Under the pieces are notes generated by a model. The model did no database searches. It was not told the origin of the DNA and worked only from the letters and a program-made list of their open reading frames with translations. Position numbers and translations under genes: made by a program. Shown here one piece after another: positions 6,913-17,611 of a stretch of 64,000 nucleotides of DNA. Within the stretch, counting starts at the first letter, position 1; each line of letters begins with the position of its first letter. This stretch comes from a virus. The stretch spans positions 64,001 to 128,000 of the IMG/VR virus record IMGVR_UViG_3300032315_000774. The stretch is one strand, 5' to 3'.

Positions 6913-7322
6913 TCGGTCACTCCCAGGAGCTGGTACAACCGCACGACACCTTGCTCAAGGTCGTCGACAGGCAGGGTCGTCAACGAACACCCGACCGCCC
7001 GAAACGCAGCCTCGATCGCCTCCGAACTTGCCAGTCGGCGCCCTTCACGAACGACGTGCACACAGTGAGCGTCCGATCCGAGCAACCGCATGTCCGCGAG
7101 CCGCTGAACGTCTGCTACACTCGTCGGGTTCACATCGACGATTGTCGGCCTCGCCATCAGCACGACGAGTGCGGGCGATGTGATGACGTCGATAGGTGTA
7201 CGCGCACACTCTACACAGATCGACGCCAGCGTCGTCTTGCCGACTTTCGGTGCGCCGATGAGGACGGCACACTGCTCACCGCGTGTCCTCTTCGACTTCG
7301 GGAGCTTGCGAAGTGTGTACAT
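6909..7322 (-). CDS. Small P-loop protein
   Basis: VLIGAPKVGKTT Walker A; translationally coupled on both sides. Confidence 0.7.
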   Translation of the reverse strand: MYTLRKLPKSKRTRGEQCAVLIGAPKVGKTTLASICVECARTPIDVITSPALVVLMARPTIVDVNPTSVADVQRLADMRLLGSDAHCVHVVREGRRLASSEAIEAAFRAVGCSLTTLPVDDLEQGVVRLYQLLGVTE

Positions 7323-7711
7323 CAAGCGAAGCTCCCCACTTCGATTTGATACTTCGGCTCGAACGGCTTGTTCGTGAGCTGGATGTCCTTCACGCGATCG
7401 AACCTGAATGCTTCGATCGCGTTGTCCTTGCGGCAGTAAGCGTAGAGCAGCGGCACGCCGCCTTTGCCTCGGTAGCGGAGTGAGTAGCACTCCATCTCGC
7501 GCCACGTCGGCGTCGTCGCATCTTCTGCCTGGTAGAGGACACGCACTAGGCGAGGCGGATTCGCGCTGACTGCTGTGCGAATGCGGAGCTTCATCTCCGC
7601 TTCGGAGTTCGGTGGACCTTGTTGTGAAGGCACGAGCCCAAGCTCCTGCTTCACACGTTGCTTGACGCGATCGATGAGTCCTTGAGACAACCCGCGAGGA
7701 ATGAGAGGCAT
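7322..7711 (-). CDS. Stand-alone WYL-domain protein
   Basis: REMECYSLRY...LLYAYC...IEAFRFDRVKDIQLTNKPF, a typical WYL signature. Confidence 0.85.
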   Translation of the reverse strand: MPLIPRGLSQGLIDRVKQRVKQELGLVPSQQGPPNSEAEMKLRIRTAVSANPPRLVRVLYQAEDATTPTWREMECYSLRYRGKGGVPLLYAYCRKDNAIEAFRFDRVKDIQLTNKPFEPKYQIEVGSFA

Positions 7712-7807
7712 GCTATAGCTCCCGTCGTTTGACGACTTGACCCTGCTCTACGATGACGAGGCAAAGGTCGTTCAGCACCTTCCACTTCACGCGGAGCGCA
7801 AGAATGC

Positions 7808-8356
7808 TCAAGTCAGTAGAGTGCGAGTCGAGAGAGATGGCGCCGTCGAGGCGGACTTCCGCTCTGGGAGACCAGACGAAAGTGCCCTGATGCGCGATGC
7901 GCGAGAGCGAGCTGCGGTCGTGCACGGTCGACATTGTACGACGCGATCCTTCTCGGAAGGTCGAACGTACCGTATCCGACCGCACGCACACGTCAACTGG
8001 CATGTGAACTCGGACGTGTCGACACGCCGGTACTCGGCTATGCCATCTCGCCGCACACGCCACACCTCTGTCTGCTCACCGCCTGGCGCGTCTGACCACG
8101 TACCTTGGCGCTGCGCAGACGCAGGCAACGGCAAGCGCACCTTGAAGTGAGGCTTCAGCTTGCGGCCGTGAAGACGTGTCACGAAGAACCAGATCTCCTT
8201 CGCCTTCACGAAGGCATGGCCCTCGACATCTGCAGAAAACGGAAGCTCTGGACAGATCAACCGGATCTGCGTCTTCGTCCACTGCACTTCTTCGAGTGCA
8301 GTGGTGACTTCGTCGGCATGTGCTTGCACAGCACGTGTGAGCACCAGCGGATTCAT
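7808..8356 (-). CDS. Hypothetical protein with a Cys motif
   Basis: CACG...CRPC; ATGA overlap with the endolysin gene. Confidence 0.7.
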   Translation of the reverse strand: MNPLVLTRAVQAHADEVTTALEEVQWTKTQIRLICPELPFSADVEGHAFVKAKEIWFFVTRLHGRKLKPHFKVRLPLPASAQRQGTWSDAPGGEQTEVWRVRRDGIAEYRRVDTSEFTCQLTCACGRIRYVRPSEKDRVVQCRPCTTAARSRASRIRALSSGLPERKSASTAPSLSTRTLLT

Positions 8357-8991
8357 ACGTACACGATCTGTGCAGTCACGTACGCGAGCATGCGCCGCGC
8401 TTCACTGTCCGACGTCGCACCCCACGCACGGGCGAAGGCATCGAGCCCTGACTTCGAACGTGGCCCGAAGATGCCGTCGATCGCACCACCGTAGAAGCCG
8501 ACCTTCTGCAGCGCGATCTGCGTGTCCGTATCGTTCAGCTTCAGCTGGTCACCGTACAGACGTTGGATGACGTTCTCTGCAGAGCGCTGCCCGTGCTCGT
8601 TCGACCAGTTGAAGTGCCAGTCCTCGAACCCACGTGTCGCGCGGCTGCGAAAGCAGCTCCAACCGGCGTCTTTCAGACGCTGCCACAGCTGCTGATAGGT
8701 CCACTTGTGCCGCGCGAGCGTTGCGTCCACCGCAACGTCGACCGACACGCCGAAGTTGTGACCGCTGTAGCCCGGCTTCTGCACGCCTGTCTTCAGTCGA
8801 CGTGCTTCGCGCGACTGCTCTGCAGTCCGGTAGATGTCCGAGTACACGAGCGGCGTCGAGTCTTCGATGACCTTGAGCGCCGCCCATGCTTCGGGGTGCA
8901 TCCGCAGGAACGACTCCGGCAAGCTGTCACGAACTCCCTTGACGGTGTAGATGCCCGTGAGCGGTGGAATGTGAGTGAGCTTGAGGATCAT
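8353..8991 (-). CDS. Endolysin: M15 metallopeptidase plus C-terminal peptidoglycan-binding domain
   Basis: YRT..Q, PGYSGHNFGVSVD, EDWHF; QIALQKVGFY..IDGIFGPRS. Confidence 0.9.
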   Translation of the reverse strand: MILKLTHIPPLTGIYTVKGVRDSLPESFLRMHPEAWAALKVIEDSTPLVYSDIYRTAEQSREARRLKTGVQKPGYSGHNFGVSVDVAVDATLARHKWTYQQLWQRLKDAGWSCFRSRATRGFEDWHFNWSNEHGQRSAENVIQRLYGDQLKLNDTDTQIALQKVGFYGGAIDGIFGPRSKSGLDAFARAWGATSDSEARRMLAYVTAQIVYV

Positions 8992-11129
8992 GTGTACTCC
9001 TGTACGGTGTAGTTAATGGTCAGCGAGTATGCTTCCCACGCTTGACCGCCACCTGAAGATGAGAGGACCACGATGTAGCCGTAGATCGGGCTGATGACGT
9101 TCCGACCTGGAACGAATCCACCGCCTGTCAGGTTGTTGTCGCCGTTCGCGAATGATGTGTACGTACCCGTAAGGATCGACTCGGCACCACCTGAGCCGAT
9201 CGTTCGGTTCGTGCGATGAATGTTTGCTTGGCTCGATGATCCGCTGACGTTGGCCAAGCTCAGGATGACGCTCGTCAGCACTGCGCCTTGCGGCAGCAAG
9301 ATTGGGATGACCCACGTTCCGCCGTTGGCGTTGTCCTTCTCCACGAAGCCAGCTACTGGATCGACGTGGAACGAAGACCCGCTGCTCGGTACACCCACAC
9401 AGCACGGAACGACCATCGTCTGCGAGCGTCCGACTGCAGAGGTGATGGCGGGTGCCGTCAGCGTTCCGGTCGCCGAGAACATCGTGTACCACGCAGAGTC
9501 TGAGAACGGTGTGATGACCGGGCCACCTGGTGACGGATACACTTCTGCGACGAAGCCTGTGGTCCCGAGCCGCTGGCGTGTAGCGATCAGCGCGATGTTG
9601 TCGAGCACCCACTGAGAACCGTTCCAGTCAGCGTTCGTGACCGTTTCGACGCCGCCATCCGCCCGCATGTACATGCGCGTGCGCATCCCGCCACCGGATG
9701 GCACGCTCGTGTAGATGAGTGATCGCTGGTTGGCTGAGTTGTACGCGAACGTGATGCCTGCGAAGATCGAGTTCAGCTGCGTCAGCGCGAGCTGTGGTGA
9801 GCGCAAGCCGTCGCTCGTCGTCTGCAAGCGATACGACCACGAAGACTGCGCGAACGGGCTCAAGCCTGTGTACGTGCCGACGCCGAACGTGTTGGAGGGG
9901 TTGCTCGACGTGTACACGTACGTTGACTCGTTGCCACCGACATCCGCCTGCCACTGTCCGGAGAGGAGCCACCGCGCATTCACCGTGGTCTCTTCGAAGA
10001 TCTCGCCGCTGATGAGTGCGACGTAGCGACGGATGTACATGTTCGGCGTCTCGGTCTCGGTGACGCTGATCAGCTCACGGACGCTTGCGGTGCTCGCCGC
10101 GCGATAGATGTAGAAACGTGGCGACAGCGAACCTGCGTCACCTTCGAGCGTGGTCCCGACTTCGATGGCGCCACGCGCTCGCACGACGTTCTGCATCGAG
10201 TACAGGTCCGCACCGTGCGGGTTCAGGTCATTCGGTACGCCTGCGACGTTGTTGCCGCTCCGCAGACGGTGCTCGCGATCGACAGACCCTGCGATGCTCG
10301 GCTCTTCACCGTAGACGTCGCTGATCTGCACCGTAATCGCGAGCGGTGCGGCGACCTGCGGCAGAACTTGAGGATTCACGTAGACGGTCATCGTCTGCGC
10401 AGCTGTTCCGGACGGGAGCACGTACGTCCCGCGTGTCGTGATCGTCTGCGCGACGCCTGGAGAGTCAGTGGGTGCTTCGTACGTGAGCGTGGTGCCGTTC
10501 CATGTCAGGGTCGCATCACCGGACAGCGTGTTGCTCGTGATGTTCAGAACGCTGAGACCTGGGAGCAGGGTCAAGTCGTCGAGGCGAACGCCCAACGTGC
10601 TCAGCGGCGGACCGATCGTCTGGATGTTGCTGCTCGTGATCGGTGCACCTTGCCCAGGAGCCGTCACCGTGCCGAGCAAGATCATGCGGTCACGTGCGGG
10701 CGCCGTCATGTCCGACGATGACGTCGGCAAGAACGTGTACTCGGTCAGCGTCATGATCGCGAGGACACTGACGCCGAGTGCACGCGTAGGCTCTGGGTTG
10801 CCACCGACAGCCGACGCCCGGGGCACGAAGTCTTGCTCCGTGTACACGGCGTACACGTAGTTCACGAACCCTTCGGCGTAGTTCACGAGCGCCTTACCGC
10901 TCTGCGCAGGCAGCTCGATCAGTTCACCGTTCGGCGTGCGTCCACGACACGCCGAGACGTTGATCAGAGTCGGGTTCGTTGCGGGTGTGATGATGCCACC
11001 CGAGATGATGCCCGCGCTACCGATGTCGACGTAGACATCTTTGATCGCTTGTGACTTCGAGTCTTCTGTGAAGGTCAGCGTCTGTTCATCGACGACGACG
11101 TTGTTCGGGTAGAGTGAACGATCGACCAT
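8988..11129 (-). CDS. Tail fibre/baseplate-attached protein
   Basis: Last gene of the tail module; beta-rich T/S/G composition; internal duplication (ETTVNARW..QW / ETVTNADW..QW). Confidence 0.7.
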   Translation of the reverse strand: MVDRSLYPNNVVVDEQTLTFTEDSKSQAIKDVYVDIGSAGIISGGIITPATNPTLINVSACRGRTPNGELIELPAQSGKALVNYAEGFVNYVYAVYTEQDFVPRASAVGGNPEPTRALGVSVLAIMTLTEYTFLPTSSSDMTAPARDRMILLGTVTAPGQGAPITSSNIQTIGPPLSTLGVRLDDLTLLPGLSVLNITSNTLSGDATLTWNGTTLTYEAPTDSPGVAQTITTRGTYVLPSGTAAQTMTVYVNPQVLPQVAAPLAITVQISDVYGEEPSIAGSVDREHRLRSGNNVAGVPNDLNPHGADLYSMQNVVRARGAIEVGTTLEGDAGSLSPRFYIYRAASTASVRELISVTETETPNMYIRRYVALISGEIFEETTVNARWLLSGQWQADVGGNESTYVYTSSNPSNTFGVGTYTGLSPFAQSSWSYRLQTTSDGLRSPQLALTQLNSIFAGITFAYNSANQRSLIYTSVPSGGGMRTRMYMRADGGVETVTNADWNGSQWVLDNIALIATRQRLGTTGFVAEVYPSPGGPVITPFSDSAWYTMFSATGTLTAPAITSAVGRSQTMVVPCCVGVPSSGSSFHVDPVAGFVEKDNANGGTWVIPILLPQGAVLTSVILSLANVSGSSSQANIHRTNRTIGSGGAESILTGTYTSFANGDNNLTGGGFVPGRNVISPIYGYIVVLSSSGGGQAWEAYSLTINYTVQEYT

Positions 11130-11130
11130 T

Positions 11131-14100
11131 TCAAGCTCCTGGCAAGTTGTTGGGGTCGAAGCCCCGAAGACCGAGACCGTACACTGCAACGTCAAGAACG
11201 CGCTCGACGCCCCACAGCTGCAGCCGCATCTGGTGATAGCGATGCGCAGGGTTCGCGAACGCGTCCTGGTCGACGTCGCGCCACGCCGTCGTGACCGGCG
11301 AGACCGTATCCGATCTCACTTGCAAGCGCCACTGTACGGTTCGAGCGTACAGTGGATGACGCGCCGTGTACGACAGGGTGTACACCGCACCTGGAATCGG
11401 AGCGTCGATCTCCACGAACCCACTGGTCGCGAACCGCCACGTCCCCTGCAACACTTCACGCCGCTGCAGCCCGTCGTCTACATACAGCGTCGCAGGGCGC
11501 GTGACGTCTGCTGTCTGCGTCAGTGTCGCTCGGTTGCCAATGACCAGGAGCTGAGCCTCGGCTGCGTACGACCCCGCTTCAGGCGCGATACGCATCCACA
11601 TCGGCACATCGTACAGCCACACGTTCGACGCGAAGCTCACGCCCAAGTCGATGACCGGCGTCTCGATCTGCGTGAGCTGATCGTACGCGAAGACGTACGT
11701 GGCCGAAGGGTTGAAGATCGACTGGTTTGCTGGGTCACCTGCTGCTGTTGACGCCACCTGCAGCGTCGTCGCCGACAAGAAGCGGTACGGCAACACACCC
11801 CCTGGCACCGTCGGCGTCTGCGGCTGTGGCACCGTGTTCGCAGTCAAGATTTCGTCTGGGAACGCTTCTTCGAGCGGTCCTGTGTGGCGTGTCGGGAGTG
11901 CGAGGATCGCGTTCGACGGCGCACCGAACACCAAGGTCTGTACTACGCGAGAAGGCGACGCAGGGCGCGCGATGGACAACCTGTCTGGGACTTGAGGCTC
12001 GACCGAGATGTTCGTCAGCGTGCAGCTCAGGAGGTCTGTCGCCGTGAAGATGCCTGCGACAGGAGACAGCTGGTAGTCGTAGATCGGCGTGTGCGCCGCC
12101 GAGTAGCGATCAAGCCCAGACTCGATGAGCGCTTGCTCGTCTTCTTGCAGAGTCTCAGCGGCCCACCGATACAGCGTCGCGCCTGTCAGATACGCCGTGC
12201 CTTGACCGAGGTACATGCCCGAGTTCGGCACCGTGATCACGATCTGCTCGATGCTCGTTACGCCGAACGTCCCGCCTGTGAGTAGAAGACGAACAGTCAT
12301 CGTCGTGGCGTCGTACGGCACCAACACCTGCCCAAGCACCTGGCGCGGATCGAGCGTGCCGCCTGCACCAGGCGCGACGAGATGCGTGCCTGTGATGGCG
12401 ATCGGGTTCGTGAGCGGTGCGACCGCCGACATCGGTGCGAACGCTCCGCCGTCGAAGCTCACGTCGAGGCGATAGCTCGCAGTCGCGAAGTGCGGGCTCA
12501 CCCACATCGCTACACGCACAGGACGGGTCCTGTAGTCGCTCACGTCGACGTCCCGCTGCATGTACCACGCAGTGCCCGATGCCGTGCTCTGAAAGCGCGT
12601 AGGTGCCAGATACGCAGGCGAGTCGAATGTCGCCGCGCTCGCGCTGCTCACGATCCAGCCGTCGGGCAGCGTGGCAGGACCCGTTGTCACCGGGTCCGAG
12701 AACGGCCCCGCGCCCGGTGGAGCGTAGTCCGGGTTGACATCGACGACCAGCTCTGCAGGCCGACGTGGCGCTTCGTTCACGCGTTCGTCGACCTCCACCG
12801 CCGCGCCGATCGACCAGCTCCCCCGCAAGCCCGTCGGATACAGCCGCGCCACACCCGAACCTGCGTGGTCGATGACTCGAACGACCTCACCTGCCGACCA
12901 CACGTTCATCGCGACACCCGTCTCCGGGTAGAAGACCTTGTCCTCGTGCTGAATCACGAAGGCGATCCCAGGGAACGGAGGTGTCACACCTTGAAGTCTA
13001 TGCAGACCACGGTTCGCGTTGCTGGCGGCAGTGGCCGCTGCGATCGAGATGTAGTTGTCGAACAGGCCGACGTTCGCTGCACTCACGGCGGCGAACGCAG
13101 TCGAGTTCCCTGCAGTCGGCGTGTCCGTGAGCAAGTCCAGCGTCAACGCGCGTACGCTGTTCCGGCCAACACGCACCAAGAAGCCTTGCTGTTCGGCGCC
13201 TGTCACCATGACCGTCGCACGCACCGCACCTGCGACAGGCGCCAACCCTTGAACTGCGCTCGTCGTCGCGAACACACGGGTGCCTGTCACGACACGATCG
13301 CGACGAAGCTCCCACGTGTTACCGACCACCGTTGCGACTGTCGCTGTTAGGTCTGCATACGTCCCAAGCCCTGACGCAAATACATACCGAACGAAGGCGC
13401 CTGTGCCTGTCGTGACGTTGTAGAAGTAGTCACCGACTTGGATGTCGTTGACCACCTCGCCGAACAAGATCTCAGAGCCTGTGTTCGAAGCGCCTGCGCC
13501 TGTCGCGACTTCAGGGTCGGGGCGCGCGAAGTCTTCGGCGAGTGCGAGTCCGTTGACATCGGTGCCGACGACGCGGATGCCCCCTGCGAGCCAGTCAGCG
13601 GGAAAGAACACATCGAGCGTTGAAGCGTCATCGAGCGTCCAGACGACAGGCGTCGACGTGAAGCTCTGCTGCAGCTCGCCAAGCCACACACGGTTTGTCG
13701 TGACCGGAAGTCGGCCCGATGACACGAGCAGTGTTGACTGGTGGACGGCTCCAGACGCCGTAAGCGCGCCCGACAAGCGCGGTGTCCCGAGGATCGCCGT
13801 CTGCGCGTCTGCACCCACACCATACGTGTTGATGCGGTTGTCGTCGCTCGTGTACGGCACCTCCAAGAGGAGCGCGTTCCCGAACGTGCCCGACGACGCT
13901 GACGCTGGCGTCAGACCGCTGTTCGCGCCTCCGGTCATGTTCGTCGTCGTGAAGCCTGCCAACTGTGCGTTGGTTGTGAGCAAGATGCTCGTGTTGCCTT
14001 GTGTGCCGCCGTACTGGTTGCGCACGGTGACCACCGCACCGTTGGCCACGGCAGTCACGCGGATCGCGCCCGCTGATGCCGGTGCTGCGGTTCGCGCCGT

Positions 14101-15912
14101 GTTGTTCCATCCGTCGTTGATGGCAGCGGCAAGGTTCGTCGCGACCTGCGCTGCTGAATCACCTGCGGTGTATGGTACGAGGACGCGCCCCGCTGCTGCA
14201 GGCGAGCCTGTGTTCAGCTCGAAGATCAGCGGCGCGTTGACGCCATCGCTGATCTGCGCCGTCACGGAGCCGAGCGCGAACGCGTTGATCGCAGCGCCTG
14301 TGGGGCAGGTGATGGTGCCCGATGCGGCGACCGCGCCGAGGCCGATCGTGCGCTGTGCGTAGGTGTTGACCGACGAAACAACCTGCGCGAGTGACCTCGG
14401 GCTCGCGCCGCCGTTGAAGCCTGCGCCGCTGTAACGGTTGTTGCTGAGATCGACGAGCACCGTCTGGTCGTTGAAGCGGAGCGGCAAGTACCACGACGCA
14501 GAGGTCGTGAACGATGTGGCGTTCACGAGACCAAAGAAGCGTGTGCTCAGCGGTGCTGCGGTCAGCGTGTAGCGGTTCGGCGACGTCGTCTGGAGCAGGT
14601 TGCCTCCGTACGAGAGGCCGAACAAGCTGTAGGTCAGGTTGACGCCTGAAGCGCCCTGGCTCGACAGGGAGACGAGGTCGACGAAGAACGTGTTGAGGCC
14701 GATCGAGACAGTTGCTGCACCACCAGTCGCTGTCTTCTGGATGATGTCGAAGCTCCGCCACCGTGTCGTCGTGATGCGACGCTGAGCCGCTGGGCTCGCG
14801 GTGTATGCGACCGGTTCTGTCGTCGTGCGTCCGTTCTGGTCAACACCCGTGAAGATGATCGTTCCGCCGTTCCATCCCGCACCGAAGTTGACGACAGCTT
14901 CGAGCGGTCGCCACAAGATCACGTTTGCCGTGTCGGTCACGCCGTTCGCGTTGTCGACTTCCACAGTGAACGGCGACAGCACACGCACCACGCGGAACTC
15001 GCCGTTGTTCAGCCCTGATGAGCTGTTGATGCTCAGGACGCGGCCTACGTCCGACGGACCGAAGCGAGGGTCCGGGATCGTCACGCGCTGCACGCTCTCC
15101 AAGCTCACAGCGAGCGTCGCCGTCAGCGCGACGTGCACAGGCTGACCATACGGCGCCACGAACGTGTTCGGCCCGCTCGCAGCGGACGCTGCAAGCACCC
15201 ACGTGTCGTCGACGACGTTGAGCGTCGGGAGGTCACCGAACACACGGCTCGGAGGCGCCATGTTCGGCGAGTCGAGCAGCGTGCATCCGAGCGTCCAGCT
15301 CGCGCGCCATGCCATCGGCAAGATCCACGGCGTGACCGCTGCGATGCCGGTTATGAGCTGTCTGAACCCGGTCACGGTCGTCGCGAACGACCGCGCCACC
15401 TGACGCCACGCTTGAAGGAGCAAGCGGTACGCACCAAGGCTCCACACGCTCGGGCGTGGTGCTGCGACCTGGCGTCCGAAGGTCGCGTCGATGAGCGCGT
15501 CGTCGGCCGTCTCCAGAGCCAACGTGTCACGGATCGCCTGGATCTGCGCAGCGAGCGCATCGAGCGCTTCACCGTGTGCCCACAAGATCGACGCGCTTTG
15601 ACGGCACTCGATGTAGCTTGGGTAGCTCGGGTTGCCGTCGCCAATGTATGCCCGCGCCAACGGTGGTCGACGGTAGACAGCGGTCACGACGTGTGGACCC
15701 TGCGCAAGCTGCGCTTGTACTTCGAGTGAACCTTGCGCGTTGCTCGTGAACGACCCGACGTACACGTCGTTGTCGTAGACATCGAAGACTGCGCTCGTTT
15801 GCTGCACGCTCAGGACAAGCGTTGTCAGACCTGAGCGTACAGGCAACACCGTGCCTGACGCGCGGTAGAACGAGCCTTGAGGCATGAGAGCCAAGAGATC
15901 GAGGTACTTCAC
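11131..15912 (-). CDS. Large baseplate wedge/tail protein (about 1593 aa)
   Basis: GTG start overlaps the upstream TGA; wedge-like N-terminal helical part (LETADDALIDATFG...AYRLLL); beta-rich remainder. Confidence 0.75.
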   Translation of the reverse strand: MKYLDLLALMPQGSFYRASGTVLPVRSGLTTLVLSVQQTSAVFDVYDNDVYVGSFTSNAQGSLEVQAQLAQGPHVVTAVYRRPPLARAYIGDGNPSYPSYIECRQSASILWAHGEALDALAAQIQAIRDTLALETADDALIDATFGRQVAAPRPSVWSLGAYRLLLQAWRQVARSFATTVTGFRQLITGIAAVTPWILPMAWRASWTLGCTLLDSPNMAPPSRVFGDLPTLNVVDDTWVLAASAASGPNTFVAPYGQPVHVALTATLAVSLESVQRVTIPDPRFGPSDVGRVLSINSSSGLNNGEFRVVRVLSPFTVEVDNANGVTDTANVILWRPLEAVVNFGAGWNGGTIIFTGVDQNGRTTTEPVAYTASPAAQRRITTTRWRSFDIIQKTATGGAATVSIGLNTFFVDLVSLSSQGASGVNLTYSLFGLSYGGNLLQTTSPNRYTLTAAPLSTRFFGLVNATSFTTSASWYLPLRFNDQTVLVDLSNNRYSGAGFNGGASPRSLAQVVSSVNTYAQRTIGLGAVAASGTITCPTGAAINAFALGSVTAQISDGVNAPLIFELNTGSPAAAGRVLVPYTAGDSAAQVATNLAAAINDGWNNTARTAAPASAGAIRVTAVANGAVVTVRNQYGGTQGNTSILLTTNAQLAGFTTTNMTGGANSGLTPASASSGTFGNALLLEVPYTSDDNRINTYGVGADAQTAILGTPRLSGALTASGAVHQSTLLVSSGRLPVTTNRVWLGELQQSFTSTPVVWTLDDASTLDVFFPADWLAGGIRVVGTDVNGLALAEDFARPDPEVATGAGASNTGSEILFGEVVNDIQVGDYFYNVTTGTGAFVRYVFASGLGTYADLTATVATVVGNTWELRRDRVVTGTRVFATTSAVQGLAPVAGAVRATVMVTGAEQQGFLVRVGRNSVRALTLDLLTDTPTAGNSTAFAAVSAANVGLFDNYISIAAATAASNANRGLHRLQGVTPPFPGIAFVIQHEDKVFYPETGVAMNVWSAGEVVRVIDHAGSGVARLYPTGLRGSWSIGAAVEVDERVNEAPRRPAELVVDVNPDYAPPGAGPFSDPVTTGPATLPDGWIVSSASAATFDSPAYLAPTRFQSTASGTAWYMQRDVDVSDYRTRPVRVAMWVSPHFATASYRLDVSFDGGAFAPMSAVAPLTNPIAITGTHLVAPGAGGTLDPRQVLGQVLVPYDATTMTVRLLLTGGTFGVTSIEQIVITVPNSGMYLGQGTAYLTGATLYRWAAETLQEDEQALIESGLDRYSAAHTPIYDYQLSPVAGIFTATDLLSCTLTNISVEPQVPDRLSIARPASPSRVVQTLVFGAPSNAILALPTRHTGPLEEAFPDEILTANTVPQPQTPTVPGGVLPYRFLSATTLQVASTAAGDPANQSIFNPSATYVFAYDQLTQIETPVIDLGVSFASNVWLYDVPMWMRIAPEAGSYAAEAQLLVIGNRATLTQTADVTRPATLYVDDGLQRREVLQGTWRFATSGFVEIDAPIPGAVYTLSYTARHPLYARTVQWRLQVRSDTVSPVTTAWRDVDQDAFANPAHRYHQMRLQLWGVERVLDVAVYGLGLRGFDPNNLPGA

Positions 15913-16517
15913 TGCGCAGTTCCTCCGCGAATGTCGACGCCTGTGGGCTCGAAGTAGAACGTGCCGAGAACGGCGCTGCCGCTGCAACCGTATCCTGTCA
16001 CCGTGACGGTTCCTGGCAGCTCGCTTGGCGGTGCGACGACCACAGCCGAACCTTGGTGCATCGTGACAAGACCAGGCACGTCACCGAACAAGATGATCGG
16101 ATGTCGCTCGACGCTGAAGACCTTGCCTTCTCCTGCGAGAGAGTAAGCTGAAGTCACGTCAGCGACATCGATCAAAGCGATGAGTCGCTGGTCCACGTAC
16201 ACATGCAGCATCGTGCCCCACTTCAAGAAGCGAAGTCGATGACGCGGACCTGGAATCGCTCGGCTCGCGTAGAAGATTCCATTCACCAACAAACCGTCGA
16301 GGTCGAGCACCAAACCGTTCCACCGAAGCTGAACCCCTTCCGAGCACACGACATCGACGTCGAAGTTCGCCACGGGTGTCGGCCACGTGAGGCTGCCACC
16401 TGGAAGGATGACCGCACCCTGTTCCCAGACAGCGTTGCTGACCGTCCACGCGGACAAGTTCGACGTGAAGAAGTCGCTGCACGCTGTCGTGTCGAGGATG
16501 GCGTTGCCGTAGATCAT
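15909..16517 (-). CDS. Virion structural protein (beta-sandwich/lectin-like)
   Basis: Position; HRLRFLKWGTMLHVYVD pattern also seen in the neighbouring gene. Confidence 0.65.
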   Translation of the reverse strand: MIYGNAILDTTACSDFFTSNLSAWTVSNAVWEQGAVILPGGSLTWPTPVANFDVDVVCSEGVQLRWNGLVLDLDGLLVNGIFYASRAIPGPRHRLRFLKWGTMLHVYVDQRLIALIDVADVTSAYSLAGEGKVFSVERHPIILFGDVPGLVTMHQGSAVVVAPPSELPGTVTVTGYGCSGSAVLGTFYFEPTGVDIRGGTAQ

Positions 16518-17608
16518 ACTGCTTCTCCGGATCGAATGAGGACACCGTCAGGCGCGAAGAGGTCGAACGTGTTCGTCGCGATGCCGCCGCTCCCGAACGC
16601 ACGAATCTCCCGCTCGCCGCGCTGCGAGACCGCCAGCGCAGGCAGCTCCGCCAAGAGCGCAGTCGGTCGTGCCCCTGTCACTGTCAGTGGTGCACCATCG
16701 AGCATGGCACCTGCGCGCAGCTCGAACCGCTTCACTTTGCCTTGCATGCGCTGTCCTTCGTTCCGAACACGCGCGAAGATGACAGCGGGTCCCTCGATGA
16801 AGGAGCTGGTCGACACCACGAGATCTCCATCGACGAACACGTGAACGAAGTTCGCAGATCTCTGGATGCGAAGTTGCCTCGCGCTGTCGAAACCAGGCGC
16901 ACGCGTGCGCGATGCGGAGTACGCGCGGATCGTCGAGCTGCCGACGACACACACGAACTCGACCGCGTCGCCTTCGACCTCCAGAGTCGCGTCGAAGTGC
17001 TCGTACGTCCCTGGGGCGCTGAGCGTCGCTTCACCACCGAGCGTGAGCCCAGAGTCGAGCACGACACCATCGTCTTCCACGCGCGTGACGCCCGTAGGTG
17101 TCCAGCCGTTGTACTGACCCGCGAACGAGACCGGCGTGCTCGGCTCGAAGACGAAGTCGCTGGCCAAGCGCACGAGCGTGTAGCCGAACGTCGAGGCGGA
17201 AGCCGGTTCGACGACAAGAAGCGCGCCGCTTCCTGGACCCGACGACAAGATCTGGATCGAGAACGGGTCTGCGTCGACGGCACCGAACGCGTCCGTGGCT
17301 TGAATGGTGACGGGGAACGTACCGACTGCCGTCGGTGTACCTGAGATGACCGCAGTCGGTGTCCCTTGTGTAAGCGCAAGTCCCGGAGGCAGCGCGCCTG
17401 CGATCACCGACCACACGTAGCTCGGTACGCCACCGGCAGCAGACACGTTTGCTGTGTACGGCTGGCCTACGACGCCGCTTGGCAGCGACAACGTCACGAT
17501 CCGGAAGATCGAGTTCAAGTCGATGAAGACGTTGACGTTGCGGATGACCGCCTGAACGAACGGTGTGACCGAAACGTTGCCGTTGATCGTGAAGCCGATG
17601 TCAGGCAC
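16514..17608 (-). CDS. Virion protein with a putative Ig (He_PIG-like) domain
   Basis: LPSGVVGQPY..GGVPSYVWSV..GALPPGLAL..ISGTPTAVGTF..ATDA. Confidence 0.8.
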   Translation of the reverse strand: MPDIGFTINGNVSVTPFVQAVIRNVNVFIDLNSIFRIVTLSLPSGVVGQPYTANVSAAGGVPSYVWSVIAGALPPGLALTQGTPTAVISGTPTAVGTFPVTIQATDAFGAVDADPFSIQILSSGPGSGALLVVEPASASTFGYTLVRLASDFVFEPSTPVSFAGQYNGWTPTGVTRVEDDGVVLDSGLTLGGEATLSAPGTYEHFDATLEVEGDAVEFVCVVGSSTIRAYSASRTRAPGFDSARQLRIQRSANFVHVFVDGDLVVSTSSFIEGPAVIFARVRNEGQRMQGKVKRFELRAGAMLDGAPLTVTGARPTALLAELPALAVSQRGEREIRAFGSGGIATNTFDLFAPDGVLIRSGEAV

Positions 17609-17611
17609 AGC

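Noticed and set aside
7713-7811. 32-codon TTG-start ORF between the WYL gene and its upstream neighbour
   Set aside because: Fills the gap but is too short and lacks an RBS or motif, so it is not supportable
8988-11129. Diversity-generating retroelement target in the tail fibre
   Set aside because: No reverse transcriptase or template repeat seen in the window; the internal duplication is at protein level only
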